Shown piece by piece: positions 54,021 to 62,653 of a stretch of 64,000 nt of DNA. Made by a program: the position numbers and the translations under genes. The notes below the pieces were generated by a model, which was not told the DNA's origin, made no database searches, and saw nothing but the letters and a program-made list of their open reading frames with translations. How positions within the stretch are numbered: position 1 is the stretch's first letter; every line of letters starts with the position of its first letter. Source of the stretch: an uncultured Acidipila sp. (GTDB lineage Bacteria > Acidobacteriota > Terriglobia > Terriglobales > Acidobacteriaceae); the NCBI GenBank assembly GCA_937859835.1, contig CALMAN010000093.1, positions 1,631 through 65,630 on the forward strand, read 5' to 3'.

Positions 54021-56303
54021 GTGCGCGCTAGCCTCCTTCTCCTGGCCGTGCTGCCGCTGCCGGCTGCGGTGGGGCAGCACACGGCCATGCCGGGCATGCC
54101 TGCCGGGCCGCCGGCAATCGGCAGCGTTTCCGCCCCGGGCCTCCCGGATCCACGTCCGCCGTACCAGGCCGCCAGCACCCGCCTCATGGCCGCGCGCCTG
54201 GCCGCAATCTACCGGGCCAGTGATTGGCGCCTTGATCCATCCAAGCCCGAGTCGCGCGTGCAGTACTACAAGGGGGTGCTTGGCCGCGGCTTGTCGCTTG
54301 AGGACGAAACAACCGTTCGCCTCCAGCTGGCGCGCGAGCAGCTCAGCGCCGGGCAGAACGAGGCAGCCGTCACCACGCTCGAAACCTTGCGGGCGCGCTG
54401 GCAGGCAAGCGGGCGAGCGCTCGCCCGGGCGCAGGCCAACGAGCTAAGCGCCTGGCTGGGGTTGAGCTACATGCGCCTGGGTGAGGCTGAAAACTGCGCC
54501 AACATGCACGGGCAGCAGGCCTGCATCTTTCCCCTGCGCGCGGCCGCGGCGCACACGCTGCCGCAGGGTGCGGCCGGCGCCGTGCGCGAGTTTACGGCGC
54601 TGCTTACCGCAGATGGGCACGATGAGCTCTCGCGCTGGCTCCTCAACGTCGCCTACATGCAGCTGGGGCGCTACCCGCAGGATGTGCCCCCGCGCTGGCT
54701 GCTGCCGGAAACGCTGTTCGCAAGCGACGAGGCGTTCCCGGCGTTCGGGGAGCAGGCCGCAGCAGCCGGGCTGGACGTGCTCGGCCACGCGGGCGGCGTG
54801 GTCATGGAGGACTTCGACGGCGACGGCTGGCTCGACATTATGGTCACCTCTTCCGGGCCGCTCGACCAGATGCGGCTGTTCCACAACAATGGCGACGGCA
54901 CCTTTACAGACGTAACCGCCGCGGCCGGGCTGCTGGGCGAAACCGGCGGCCTCAACCTGGTTGCTACCGACTACAACAATGATGGACACCCGGACGTGCT
55001 GGTACTGCGCGGCGGCTGGTGGGGCGAGCAGGGGCGCTACCCGATGTCGCTGTTACGAAACAATGGGGACGGAACCTTTGACGATGTAACGGTCGCAGCC
55101 GGGCTCCTGTCGGAGCGGCCCACGCAGACCGCCGCCTGGGCAGACTATGACAGCGACGGCTGGCTGGATCTTTTTGTCGGCCATGAAGCAAGGCCCGGCG
55201 ATCCGGAACCCTCGCAGCTGTTCCACAACAATCGCGACGGCACCTTTACCGAACTTGGCGCGGCCAGTGGGCTCGCGAACCTGGGTTTTGTGAAAGGAGT
55301 GGCCTGGGGTGACTACAACAACGACGGCAGGCCCGATCTTTATGTTTCCTGCCTGGGCACGGGCAATCACCTGTTTCGCAATGAGGGTGCCGGAAGCCGG
55401 GAAGCGTGGCGCTTTACCGACGTGACCGCGCAGGCCGGGGTGCCGGGGCCTGGCCCAAGCTTTGCCACCTGGTTCTTTGATTACAACAACGATGGCTGGC
55501 CCGACCTGTTCGTCGCCGGCTACGCGACGCGGTCGCCCGGGGATGTAGGCGCATTTGAGGCCGGAAAGCCGACGCGGGCAGCGCTTCCGCGTTTGTACCG
55601 CAACAACCACGACGGCACCTTCACTGACCAGACCCACGCGGCGCGGCTTGACCGGGTCATCCTGCCGATGGGCGCAAGCTTTGGTGACCTGGACAACGAC
55701 GGCTGGCTCGACGTGTACTTCGGCACAGGCGCTTCGGACTTCCAGGCAGTGCTGCCAAACCGCATGTTTCGCAACCAGGGCGGCCAAACCTTTGCAGACG
55801 TCACCACGGCCGGCGGCTTTGGGCACCTGCAAAAAGGCCACGGCGTAGCGTTCGGAGATCTGGCCAACCGGGGCGTCGAAGATGTCTTTGAAGAGATGGG
55901 CGGTGCGCAGCCGGGCGACAGCTTCGGGAGCGCCCTGTATCGCAATCCCGGAACCGCGAACCACTCCCTCACGCTTGTTCTTGAAGGTGTCCGCACCAAC
56001 CGCGCGGCCTTTGGCGCGCGGATCGATGTTGGGGTGCGCGGGCCCGGCGGCACGCGGCACATCTACCGCACCGTGGGGTACGGTTCCAGCTTCGGCGGCA
56101 ATCCGTGGCGCGAGCTGATTGGGCTTGGCACGGCCACAACGGCCGCAAGCATCACGGTCGAGTGGCCGGCCTCGCACACCACCCAGACCTTCCTTGCCGT
56201 CGCCGGGGCGCACACCTATAGTTTGCGCGAGGGAGGCCAACTTACCGTTCTTACTCCCCGGCCAGCTGCCTTGCCGCCGGCCCCGACGCGGAGCACGCGA
56301 TAA
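54021..56303 (+). CDS. CRTAC1 family protein (FG-GAP/VCBS repeats + ASPIC/UnbV domain) with ~300-aa helical N-terminal extension
   Basis: GTG 54021 (or TTG 54015) gives signal VRASLLLLAVLPLPAAVGQ. Repeated DxDxDGxxD motifs (DFDGDGWLDI, DYNNDGHPDV, DYDSDGWLDL, DYNNDGRPDL, DYNNDGWPDL, DLDNDGWLDV). C-terminal NRAAFGARIDV...GYGSSFGGN...VEWPAS is ASPIC/UnbV-like. Confidence 0.8.
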   Translation: MRASLLLLAVLPLPAAVGQHTAMPGMPAGPPAIGSVSAPGLPDPRPPYQAASTRLMAARLAAIYRASDWRLDPSKPESRVQYYKGVLGRGLSLEDETTVRLQLAREQLSAGQNEAAVTTLETLRARWQASGRALARAQANELSAWLGLSYMRLGEAENCANMHGQQACIFPLRAAAAHTLPQGAAGAVREFTALLTADGHDELSRWLLNVAYMQLGRYPQDVPPRWLLPETLFASDEAFPAFGEQAAAAGLDVLGHAGGVVMEDFDGDGWLDIMVTSSGPLDQMRLFHNNGDGTFTDVTAAAGLLGETGGLNLVATDYNNDGHPDVLVLRGGWWGEQGRYPMSLLRNNGDGTFDDVTVAAGLLSERPTQTAAWADYDSDGWLDLFVGHEARPGDPEPSQLFHNNRDGTFTELGAASGLANLGFVKGVAWGDYNNDGRPDLYVSCLGTGNHLFRNEGAGSREAWRFTDVTAQAGVPGPGPSFATWFFDYNNDGWPDLFVAGYATRSPGDVGAFEAGKPTRAALPRLYRNNHDGTFTDQTHAARLDRVILPMGASFGDLDNDGWLDVYFGTGASDFQAVLPNRMFRNQGGQTFADVTTAGGFGHLQKGHGVAFGDLANRGVEDVFEEMGGAQPGDSFGSALYRNPGTANHSLTLVLEGVRTNRAAFGARIDVGVRGPGGTRHIYRTVGYGSSFGGNPWRELIGLGTATTAASITVEWPASHTTQTFLAVAGAHTYSLREGGQLTVLTPRPAALPPAPTRSTR

Positions 56304-56309
56304 ACGCCC

Positions 56310-58220
56310 ATGCGCTCCTTATACTTGGACAGCAAACGAGGATCCGGCCCTTTGACGTACACCAGGCGAGACGTGTTCCGCTCGCTCTCGCGCACAGCCC
56401 TGGTTTTCGCGCTCGAGGACGTGCTCGGGCTGGCCTGGCCCCGCCCTGCCGCGGCGCAGCAGATCGGGGCTCGCCCTGTCTTTGAAGCTCCGGCTCGTCC
56501 TGCTCCAAAAACTCTGCCCTCGCCCGTCACGGGAACGCCGCTCGGCTTCAGCTTCCTCGACGTCGCCAAGGAGTCCGGGTTGCACGCCAAAACCTTCTAC
56601 GGAGGAGAGCACCGCAATCGCTACCTCCTCGAGACGACCGGCTGCGGCGTGGCCTTTTACGACTACGACCACGATGACTGGCTGGATATCTTTCTGGTAA
56701 ACGGCACCCGGCTCGATGGCTTTCCCAAAGGGGAGGAGCCGATCAGCAGGCTATTCAAGAACAATCGCGACGGCACCTTCACGGACGTCACTGCGAAGTC
56801 AGGCATCACGCGCTCGGGCTGGGGGCAGGGTTGCTGCGTTGGGGATTATGACAACGACGGCCTGGATGACTTGTTCGTGAGCTACTACGGGCAGAACGTG
56901 CTGTACCGGAACCACGGCGATGGCAGCTTCACCGATGTAACCGCCAAGGCTGGTCTGCTGCAGAAGCGCTTGCGCTGGAACTCAGGCTGCGCTTTTCTCG
57001 ACTACGACCGCGACGGGCACCTCGACCTGTTTGTTGCCAACTACATCGATTTCGATCTGAAAACAGCGCCGCTGCCCGAGGCAGCCGGTTGCGCCTACAA
57101 GGGTATGCAGGTAGCCTGCGGACCGCCGGGGCTCGACGGTGGAAAGAATCTCCTGTACCGCAACAACGGCGACGGCACCTTTACCGACGTATCCAGGAAA
57201 GCCGGGATCGAAGATACGATCGGTACCTACGGGCTTTCCGTGACGGTGGCTGATCTTGACAACGATGGGTGGCCCGACATCTATGTTGCCAATGATTCGA
57301 CAGCGGCGACCTTCTATGTCAACCAGAAGGATGGGACGTTTAAGGACCAGGCGATTGAAGCCGGAGTAGCCTACTCGCCCGACGGCAAGCCGCAGGCCGG
57401 CATGGGCGTGGCGGTAGGCGATTTCAACCGCGATGGCCTGCTTGATATTGTCAAGACCAACTTCGCCGGCGACACGGATTCGCTTTACCAGAACCTGGGT
57501 GACGGGACCTTTGAGGACCACACCTATCTTTCCGGTCTAGGGATTAACACCCGCTATCTCGGCTGGGGCGTCGGCTTTGTGGATGTCAACAATGATGGTT
57601 GGCTGGATGTTTTTATCTCCAACGGCCATGTGTATCCAGAGGTAGATGGCTCTCACCTGGACGCACCGTATGCGGAGCACAAGTACCTTTACCGCAACCT
57701 GCGCAACGGGCAGTTTGAGGAAGTGACAAGCCAGGCCGGACCCGGCATCACGGCTGCAGCTGCGGCGCGCGGCTGCGCCTTTGGGGACTATGACAATGAC
57801 GGGGATGTGGACGTGGTTGTGAACTGCGTCAACAGCGTGCCGCAACTGCTGCGTTGCGATGCCACAGCTCGCCGTAACTTCCTGAAGATCCGGCTGGTCG
57901 GCCGCAAGAGTAATCGCTCCGGGATAGGCACGCGGATCACCGTAACCGCACGTACCGGCAGTGAGTTGTCTCCTGGCACACCGATGCGTCAGATTGAAGA
58001 GGTCCGCAGCGGCGGCAGTTATTACTCCCAAAACGATCTGCGCATCCACTTTGGATTGAACGAGGCGGTCAAGGCAGATACGGTCGAGCTCGCCTGGCCG
58101 AGCGGTCAGAAGGACACGCTCAAGGATCTGGCTGCCAACCGGCTGTATGTCATCGAGGAAGGCGGTCGTATCGTGCGCACGGTACCGATGGGAGCCTTCC
58201 GAGCTGTGGCAGAGCAGTGA
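56310..58220 (+). CDS. CRTAC1 family protein (FG-GAP/VCBS + ASPIC/UnbV), Tat-like leader
   Basis: TRRDVFRSLSRTALVFAL leader. DYDHDDWLDI, DYDNDGLDDL, DYDRDGHLDL, DLDNDGWPDI, DFNRDGLLDI, DVNNDGWLDV, DYDNDGDVDV. C-terminal NRSGIGTRITV...GGSYYSQNDLRIHFGL...VELAWPSG. Confidence 0.85.
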   Translation: MRSLYLDSKRGSGPLTYTRRDVFRSLSRTALVFALEDVLGLAWPRPAAAQQIGARPVFEAPARPAPKTLPSPVTGTPLGFSFLDVAKESGLHAKTFYGGEHRNRYLLETTGCGVAFYDYDHDDWLDIFLVNGTRLDGFPKGEEPISRLFKNNRDGTFTDVTAKSGITRSGWGQGCCVGDYDNDGLDDLFVSYYGQNVLYRNHGDGSFTDVTAKAGLLQKRLRWNSGCAFLDYDRDGHLDLFVANYIDFDLKTAPLPEAAGCAYKGMQVACGPPGLDGGKNLLYRNNGDGTFTDVSRKAGIEDTIGTYGLSVTVADLDNDGWPDIYVANDSTAATFYVNQKDGTFKDQAIEAGVAYSPDGKPQAGMGVAVGDFNRDGLLDIVKTNFAGDTDSLYQNLGDGTFEDHTYLSGLGINTRYLGWGVGFVDVNNDGWLDVFISNGHVYPEVDGSHLDAPYAEHKYLYRNLRNGQFEEVTSQAGPGITAAAAARGCAFGDYDNDGDVDVVVNCVNSVPQLLRCDATARRNFLKIRLVGRKSNRSGIGTRITVTARTGSELSPGTPMRQIEEVRSGGSYYSQNDLRIHFGLNEAVKADTVELAWPSGQKDTLKDLAANRLYVIEEGGRIVRTVPMGAFRAVAEQ

Positions 58221-59956
58221 ATCGCGCTTGCCTGTTTGCCGTTCTTTGCGTACTCACCACGCTGGCGCGCGCGCAGCAGATATATCCGCCTTTAAAGGCG
58301 CATGCTGGTCCAGCCTGGTTCGTCGATGTAGCCGGCAAAGCCGGCATCACGGTACAGAACGTCAACGGCGATCCGCAGTCGAAACGCTACATCGTTGAGG
58401 CAACCGGTTCCGGCGTCGCCATCCTCGACTATGACCGTGACGGCTGGCCCGATATCTTTCTCGTCAACGGCGCCTTTTTGCCGGCGCAACTTAAAGCGCA
58501 CACCGAGCCCGCGCCGACAAGCCACCTGTTCCACAACAACCACGACGGCCCCTTTACCGACGTGACTGCGAAAGCAGGGTTCACCGCGACTGGCTGGGGG
58601 CAGGGCGCGTGCGTGGGCGACTATGACAATGACGGCTGGGATGACTTGTTTGTAACCCAGTACGGGGCCAACCACCTGTATCACAACAATGGCAACGGCA
58701 CCTTTACGGATGTCTCGGTGCAGGCCGGTGTTGCCGGCAGCGGAGGGGAGTGGGGCACCGGTTGCGCCTTTGTCGATTACGACCGTGACGGCAAGCTTGA
58801 TCTGATGGTCGCGAACTATGTCCACTTCGATCTTGACAAGACGCCGGTACCAGGCGAAGCTGCGGGCTGCACATGGAAGGGAACTCCTGTTATGTGCGGA
58901 CCGCGTGGTTTGCCGAGCGCTCCTAATCTGCTGTATCACAACGAGGGCAGCGGCCGCTTCAAAGATGTAAGTGCGGCGAGCGGGGTTACCCGGACTCCGG
59001 GCCACTACTGCTTTTCCGTAACCACGCTCGACTATGACGAAGATGGTTGGCCGGATATTTATGTAGCGTGCGATTCCACGCCGGCTATCCTGTACCGCAA
59101 CAACCATAACGGCACCTTTACCGATACAGGGGGTGAGGTCGGCGTCGCCTTGAATGAGGATGGCCGCGAGCAGGCCGGCATGGGTTCGACCGCCGCAGAC
59201 TATAACGGGGACGGCCACATCGACCTATTCAAGACAAACTTTTCTGATGACACGGCCACCCTCTATCGAAACCACGGCGACACAACGTACTCGGACGAGA
59301 CCTTCGCTGCCGGTCTTGGCGTGCACTCAGAGGCGCTGGGCTGGGGCGCCATGTTTGCTGACGTGGATAACGACGGCTGGCCTGATCTGCTGGTCACCAA
59401 TGGCCATGTGTACCCGGAGGTAGACGAAGCGAAACTGGGAGCCACCTTTCGTGAGCCACGCTTCCTGTACTGGAACCAGGGTGATGGCAAGTTCCGCGAC
59501 ATATCGGGCACGAGTGGTCCTGGCCTGACGGAGCCGCTTTCGGGCCGCGGTCTCGCGATCGCCGACCTTTGGAATGACGGGCGCTTGTCCGCAGTCATCA
59601 ACAACCTGAGCGACCGGCCCATGCTGCTCGTGAACGAAGCCCACACCCGGAACAGCTGGCTGGCGCTGAGGCTCAAAGGAGTGAGCTCGAACCGCGATGC
59701 CATCGGTGCGCGGGTGGTGCTCCGTGGAACTTTGGAGGGAAAGGCGCACACCTGGGTTGACGAAGTGCGAAGCGGTTCAAGCTACAACTCGAGCAGCGAT
59801 CTCCGGCTGCACTTCGGCCTGGGTGCTTCGCCTGCGCTTTCCTCGCTGGAAGTGCGCTGGCCAGGTGGCGAACGCGAGACCTTTCCGGTGCCGGTCTTGA
59901 ACCGCGTTGCCGAACTCAGCGAAGGCATGGGCACGCCCGTTGCTGCCCGCCACTAG
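58217..59956 (+). CDS. CRTAC1 family protein (FG-GAP/VCBS + ASPIC/UnbV), Sec signal
   Basis: The GTG start forms a GTGA overlap with the previous stop. Signal MNRACLFAVLCVLTTLARAQQ. Same repeat set (DYDRDGWPDI, DYDNDGWDDL, DYDRDGKLDL, DYDEDGWPDI, DYNGDGHIDL, DVDNDGWPDL). C-terminal NRDAIGARVVL...GSSYNSSSDLRLHFGL...LEVRWPGG. Confidence 0.85.
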   Translation: MNRACLFAVLCVLTTLARAQQIYPPLKAHAGPAWFVDVAGKAGITVQNVNGDPQSKRYIVEATGSGVAILDYDRDGWPDIFLVNGAFLPAQLKAHTEPAPTSHLFHNNHDGPFTDVTAKAGFTATGWGQGACVGDYDNDGWDDLFVTQYGANHLYHNNGNGTFTDVSVQAGVAGSGGEWGTGCAFVDYDRDGKLDLMVANYVHFDLDKTPVPGEAAGCTWKGTPVMCGPRGLPSAPNLLYHNEGSGRFKDVSAASGVTRTPGHYCFSVTTLDYDEDGWPDIYVACDSTPAILYRNNHNGTFTDTGGEVGVALNEDGREQAGMGSTAADYNGDGHIDLFKTNFSDDTATLYRNHGDTTYSDETFAAGLGVHSEALGWGAMFADVDNDGWPDLLVTNGHVYPEVDEAKLGATFREPRFLYWNQGDGKFRDISGTSGPGLTEPLSGRGLAIADLWNDGRLSAVINNLSDRPMLLVNEAHTRNSWLALRLKGVSSNRDAIGARVVLRGTLEGKAHTWVDEVRSGSSYNSSSDLRLHFGLGASPALSSLEVRWPGGERETFPVPVLNRVAELSEGMGTPVAARH

Positions 59957-59966
59957 CCCTGCGGCG

Positions 59967-60332
59967 CTACTGCCCGCGTTGGGGCGGTGCCTGGGCTTGC
60001 TTCGGTGTCTTGGCCCGTTTGGTGCGCAGGTACGCAACCAGGTCGCTGATCTGGTCGCCGGTCAGCACGTTGTCAAAGGCGGGCATGACCTTGCCTCCGT
60101 TGTGGATTTGCATGCTGATGGCTTCCGGCTTCAAACGCCGGCCGACGTCGAGCAGGCTTGGCCCGATGTCGCCGCCCTCGCCGTTGGCGCCGTGGCAGTG
60201 CGAGCAGCCGGAGCTAGCCCACAGTGCCGCGCCGGCCTCCACCTGCGCGCGTAACGGCGCGTCGGCGAAAGCCGGATGGAAGATGCTCGCTGTTCCAAGA
60301 AAAAGAAGTGCATCGCGAAGACAGAAGCGCAT
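59967..60332 (-). CDS. Monohaem class-I c-type cytochrome, secreted
   Basis: ATG 60332 gives signal MRFCLRDALLFLGTASIFHPAFA. Single CSHCHG plus a GKVMPAF Met-ligand motif. The stop lies 10 nt from the convergent CRTAC1 stop. Confidence 0.8.
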   Translation of the reverse strand: MRFCLRDALLFLGTASIFHPAFADAPLRAQVEAGAALWASSGCSHCHGANGEGGDIGPSLLDVGRRLKPEAISMQIHNGGKVMPAFDNVLTGDQISDLVAYLRTKRAKTPKQAQAPPQRGQ

Positions 60333-60678
60333 ACCTGCATCGTAGCGCCGCTCGGCCTTTGCGCCCATCGGGCCATTGCGAATCCTTCACACCATCGATG
60401 CACCGGAGTACCCCTTGGCAATGTCCTACGCAGCGGAACTCTGGTATTTGTAGATAGGATGGCGGTGTCAGGAGGAACTTGCCAGAGCAAGGGATAGGTG
60501 GCGCTGCCGGCGAACTGCCGGTGCGTGCCGGCGCCGAGTTGTTCTGCCGTTGCTGCGCAGCCTTGCTGCCGCGCAGGTTCACACGCTCGACTGCCTCCAG
60601 GGACGGCCTTCGGCTCGCTCCCGTGCTGCTGAAGTCAGTCTCGCCGTGGATGCGGCTTGTGCTGCAGCAAGAAGATTG

Positions 60679-61665
60679 ATGGAAAACTTTCGCCTGAAAG
60701 TATTCCGGGCTGTGGCTCGCCATGCTAGCTTCAGCCGCGCCGGCCAGGAACTGCTCCTCACCCAGCCGGCGGTAACCCAGCAAATCAAGGCTCTCGAAGA
60801 GGAGTACGGGGTGCCGCTCTTTGACCGAAGCGCCGGGCGCATCCGGTTGACTGCTGCCGGCAAAGCGTTACTTCCGTACGCGGAGCGCTTGAAGTCTCTC
60901 GCGGACGAGGCGTTCGCCGCCGTCACCCAGGTAAGTGGATCTTTGGGCGGCTCGCTTACGGTAGCGGCATCGCAAACCATCGGTCAATATGTGCTTCCGA
61001 GCATGATTGCAGGCTTCTTGCGCCAGCATCCCCGCGTGCAGGTGTTGGTAAAGGGCGGCAACACCGCTGCTGTTCTCGATATGTTGGTGGAACGCTGTGT
61101 GAATCTGGCGCTTATCGAGGGTCCGGCTTTGCGCAGCGGTGTCCATGTGGAGCCGTTCATGGAAGATCATCTTGCATTGGTTGTGCCCGCCGGCCATGAG
61201 TGGGCTGAACACCCGGTCGAGTTAGAAGCGCTCCGTGGGGCGCCGCTGCTTATGCGCGAGTTTGGCTCCGGTTCGCGGCGCATTGTTGAGCTTGCGCTTT
61301 CCCGGGCCGGCCTTCCGGTGAAGGAACTTACTATAGCTTTTGAACTGGACTCGACAGAAGGGCTGCTGGCCGCAGTCGAAGCAGGTCTGGGTGTGACCTT
61401 TGTATCACGCTGGGCGGTGCGGAACCAGTTACGCCTTGGCACCTTGAAGCTCGCGCATGTGCGCGGGCTTCAGCTTGAGCGCATGTTTTCGCTCGCCTAT
61501 CTCAGCGGTCCCGAACCTTCGGGTTTAGCAGGTGCATTCCGCCGCTTCCTGCTGCAAGCCTGGATGGAGAAAGAGCCGCAACTTACCCGGCCAACACTTC
61601 CCGCGCAGCAGGCCAGGAGCCCGCGCTCTGCCGCTCGTGCAAAAGTGGGTAAGTCATCTAAATAA
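60679..61665 (+). CDS. LysR family transcriptional regulator
   Basis: MENFRLKVFRAVARHASFSRAGQELLLTQPAVTQQIKALEEEYGVPLFDR is a canonical LysR HTH, followed by a LysR substrate-binding pattern. It has an unusual basic C-terminal tail. The tracked ORF start (60550) is upstream of this Met. Confidence 0.9.
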   Translation: MENFRLKVFRAVARHASFSRAGQELLLTQPAVTQQIKALEEEYGVPLFDRSAGRIRLTAAGKALLPYAERLKSLADEAFAAVTQVSGSLGGSLTVAASQTIGQYVLPSMIAGFLRQHPRVQVLVKGGNTAAVLDMLVERCVNLALIEGPALRSGVHVEPFMEDHLALVVPAGHEWAEHPVELEALRGAPLLMREFGSGSRRIVELALSRAGLPVKELTIAFELDSTEGLLAAVEAGLGVTFVSRWAVRNQLRLGTLKLAHVRGLQLERMFSLAYLSGPEPSGLAGAFRRFLLQAWMEKEPQLTRPTLPAQQARSPRSAARAKVGKSSK

Positions 61666-61726
61666 TGCCCGTGCCGTGTCTTTTTGCGACAAGGATAGGT
61701 GCGTCTTGCGGTAAGCTGGCTGCTAT

Positions 61727-61963
61727 ATGGCGAATAAGGACGTTGTGGCCGCAATCGACAAAGAGATCGCTCGCTTGCAGCAGGCTAGAGATATTCTGGC
61801 TGGCGAGGAAGAAGCAACACCACGGGCCCGCGGTGCGGCGAAGCAGGTAGTGAAGAAGAAAGTAGGCAGACCCGCCGGAACGAAGCGTGTTCTCAGCGCA
61901 GAAGCTCGTAAGCGCATTGCGGATGCGCAGAAGAAAAGATGGGCTGCGCAGAAAGCGGGATAG
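61727..61963 (+). CDS. Small basic protein of unknown function (78 aa)
   Basis: The ORF has a coiled N-terminal motif AAIDKEIARLQQARDIL, a Lys/Arg-rich centre, and a C-terminal SAEARKRIADAQKKRWAAQKA. Codon pattern looks coding. No clear SD. Confidence 0.55.
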   Translation: MANKDVVAAIDKEIARLQQARDILAGEEEATPRARGAAKQVVKKKVGRPAGTKRVLSAEARKRIADAQKKRWAAQKAG

Positions 61964-62149
61964 GTCGACCTAGCTTCGCAAGACCGGGTCGGGCAGGCAA
62001 AGTGGCTCCGTGCTCACCTAAGAGAGCAGAAGGAGTACTCAGGCTTGCCCGCCAGGACTTGATCTTTCTTGCCTATCTGCTCACGGCGAGTAACGGCGAG
62101 AACAAGAGCGATGGTGACCCAGCAGTGTGCCCGGGCCCCGGCCACCAGG

Positions 62150-62638
62150 TCAGGAAGCACTCACGCGAGCCGGGTGTAGCCACCGCTGCATGAGGACCTC
62201 GGCCGTCAGTGGTTCCCGGGGTGCGGTGCTCCGCGTAGCTTCCCCATTGCTCTGACTCTCTTGCTTGGCTGCCCGGCGTAAGCGCATCTGTTCTGCCGAG
62301 ACAAACACCGGCCCGGTCGGGACTGAACCTCCAAGCGCGGAGGCTTCCCCTGCGGCTTTGCGGTTGGCCTGAGCCGCCCGTGGTGCCCTGCCGCGAAGCG
62401 CCTGCCGTCGTGACCTTGCTTCCTTGCGCACGACCGCCGGGCGCGCGGCAACAGCAACAATCTCCGGCTCAGGAGAACTCGGTAGGGGGAGCCTGCTCTT
62501 CGGTTGCCGGGGCACACTCCGCCCTGCCGGTGCTTCGACGCCTGAGGAAGTAGATGTAAGAATGCTGCGCGCTGCTCCAAGCCTGGCGAGCTCGGCATCT
62601 ATGAGGGCGATTAACTGTGGATACTGCATGTCTGCCAT
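62150..62638 (-). CDS. Hypothetical basic protein sharing N-terminal motif with the 78-aa ORF
   Basis: N-terminus ALIDAELARLGAARSIL parallels AAIDKEIARLQQARDIL. The Arg/Pro/Ala-rich centre and SAEQMRLRRAAKQ echo the neighbour. Low-complexity content lowers confidence. Confidence 0.45.
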   Translation of the reverse strand: MADMQYPQLIALIDAELARLGAARSILTSTSSGVEAPAGRSVPRQPKSRLPLPSSPEPEIVAVAARPAVVRKEARSRRQALRGRAPRAAQANRKAAGEASALGGSVPTGPVFVSAEQMRLRRAAKQESQSNGEATRSTAPREPLTAEVLMQRWLHPARVSAS

Positions 62639-62653
62639 AAGTCTACCGCGTTC

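Noticed and set aside
48117-59218. Long antisense ORFs opposite the TBDR, cytochrome and CRTAC1 genes (48117..49814, 51245..53047, 55053..56240, 56982..57521 and 58292..59218).
   Set aside because: Same reasoning as above. The composition is typical of the antisense frame of high-GC genes, no signal peptides or domains are visible, and the sense-strand genes are well supported.
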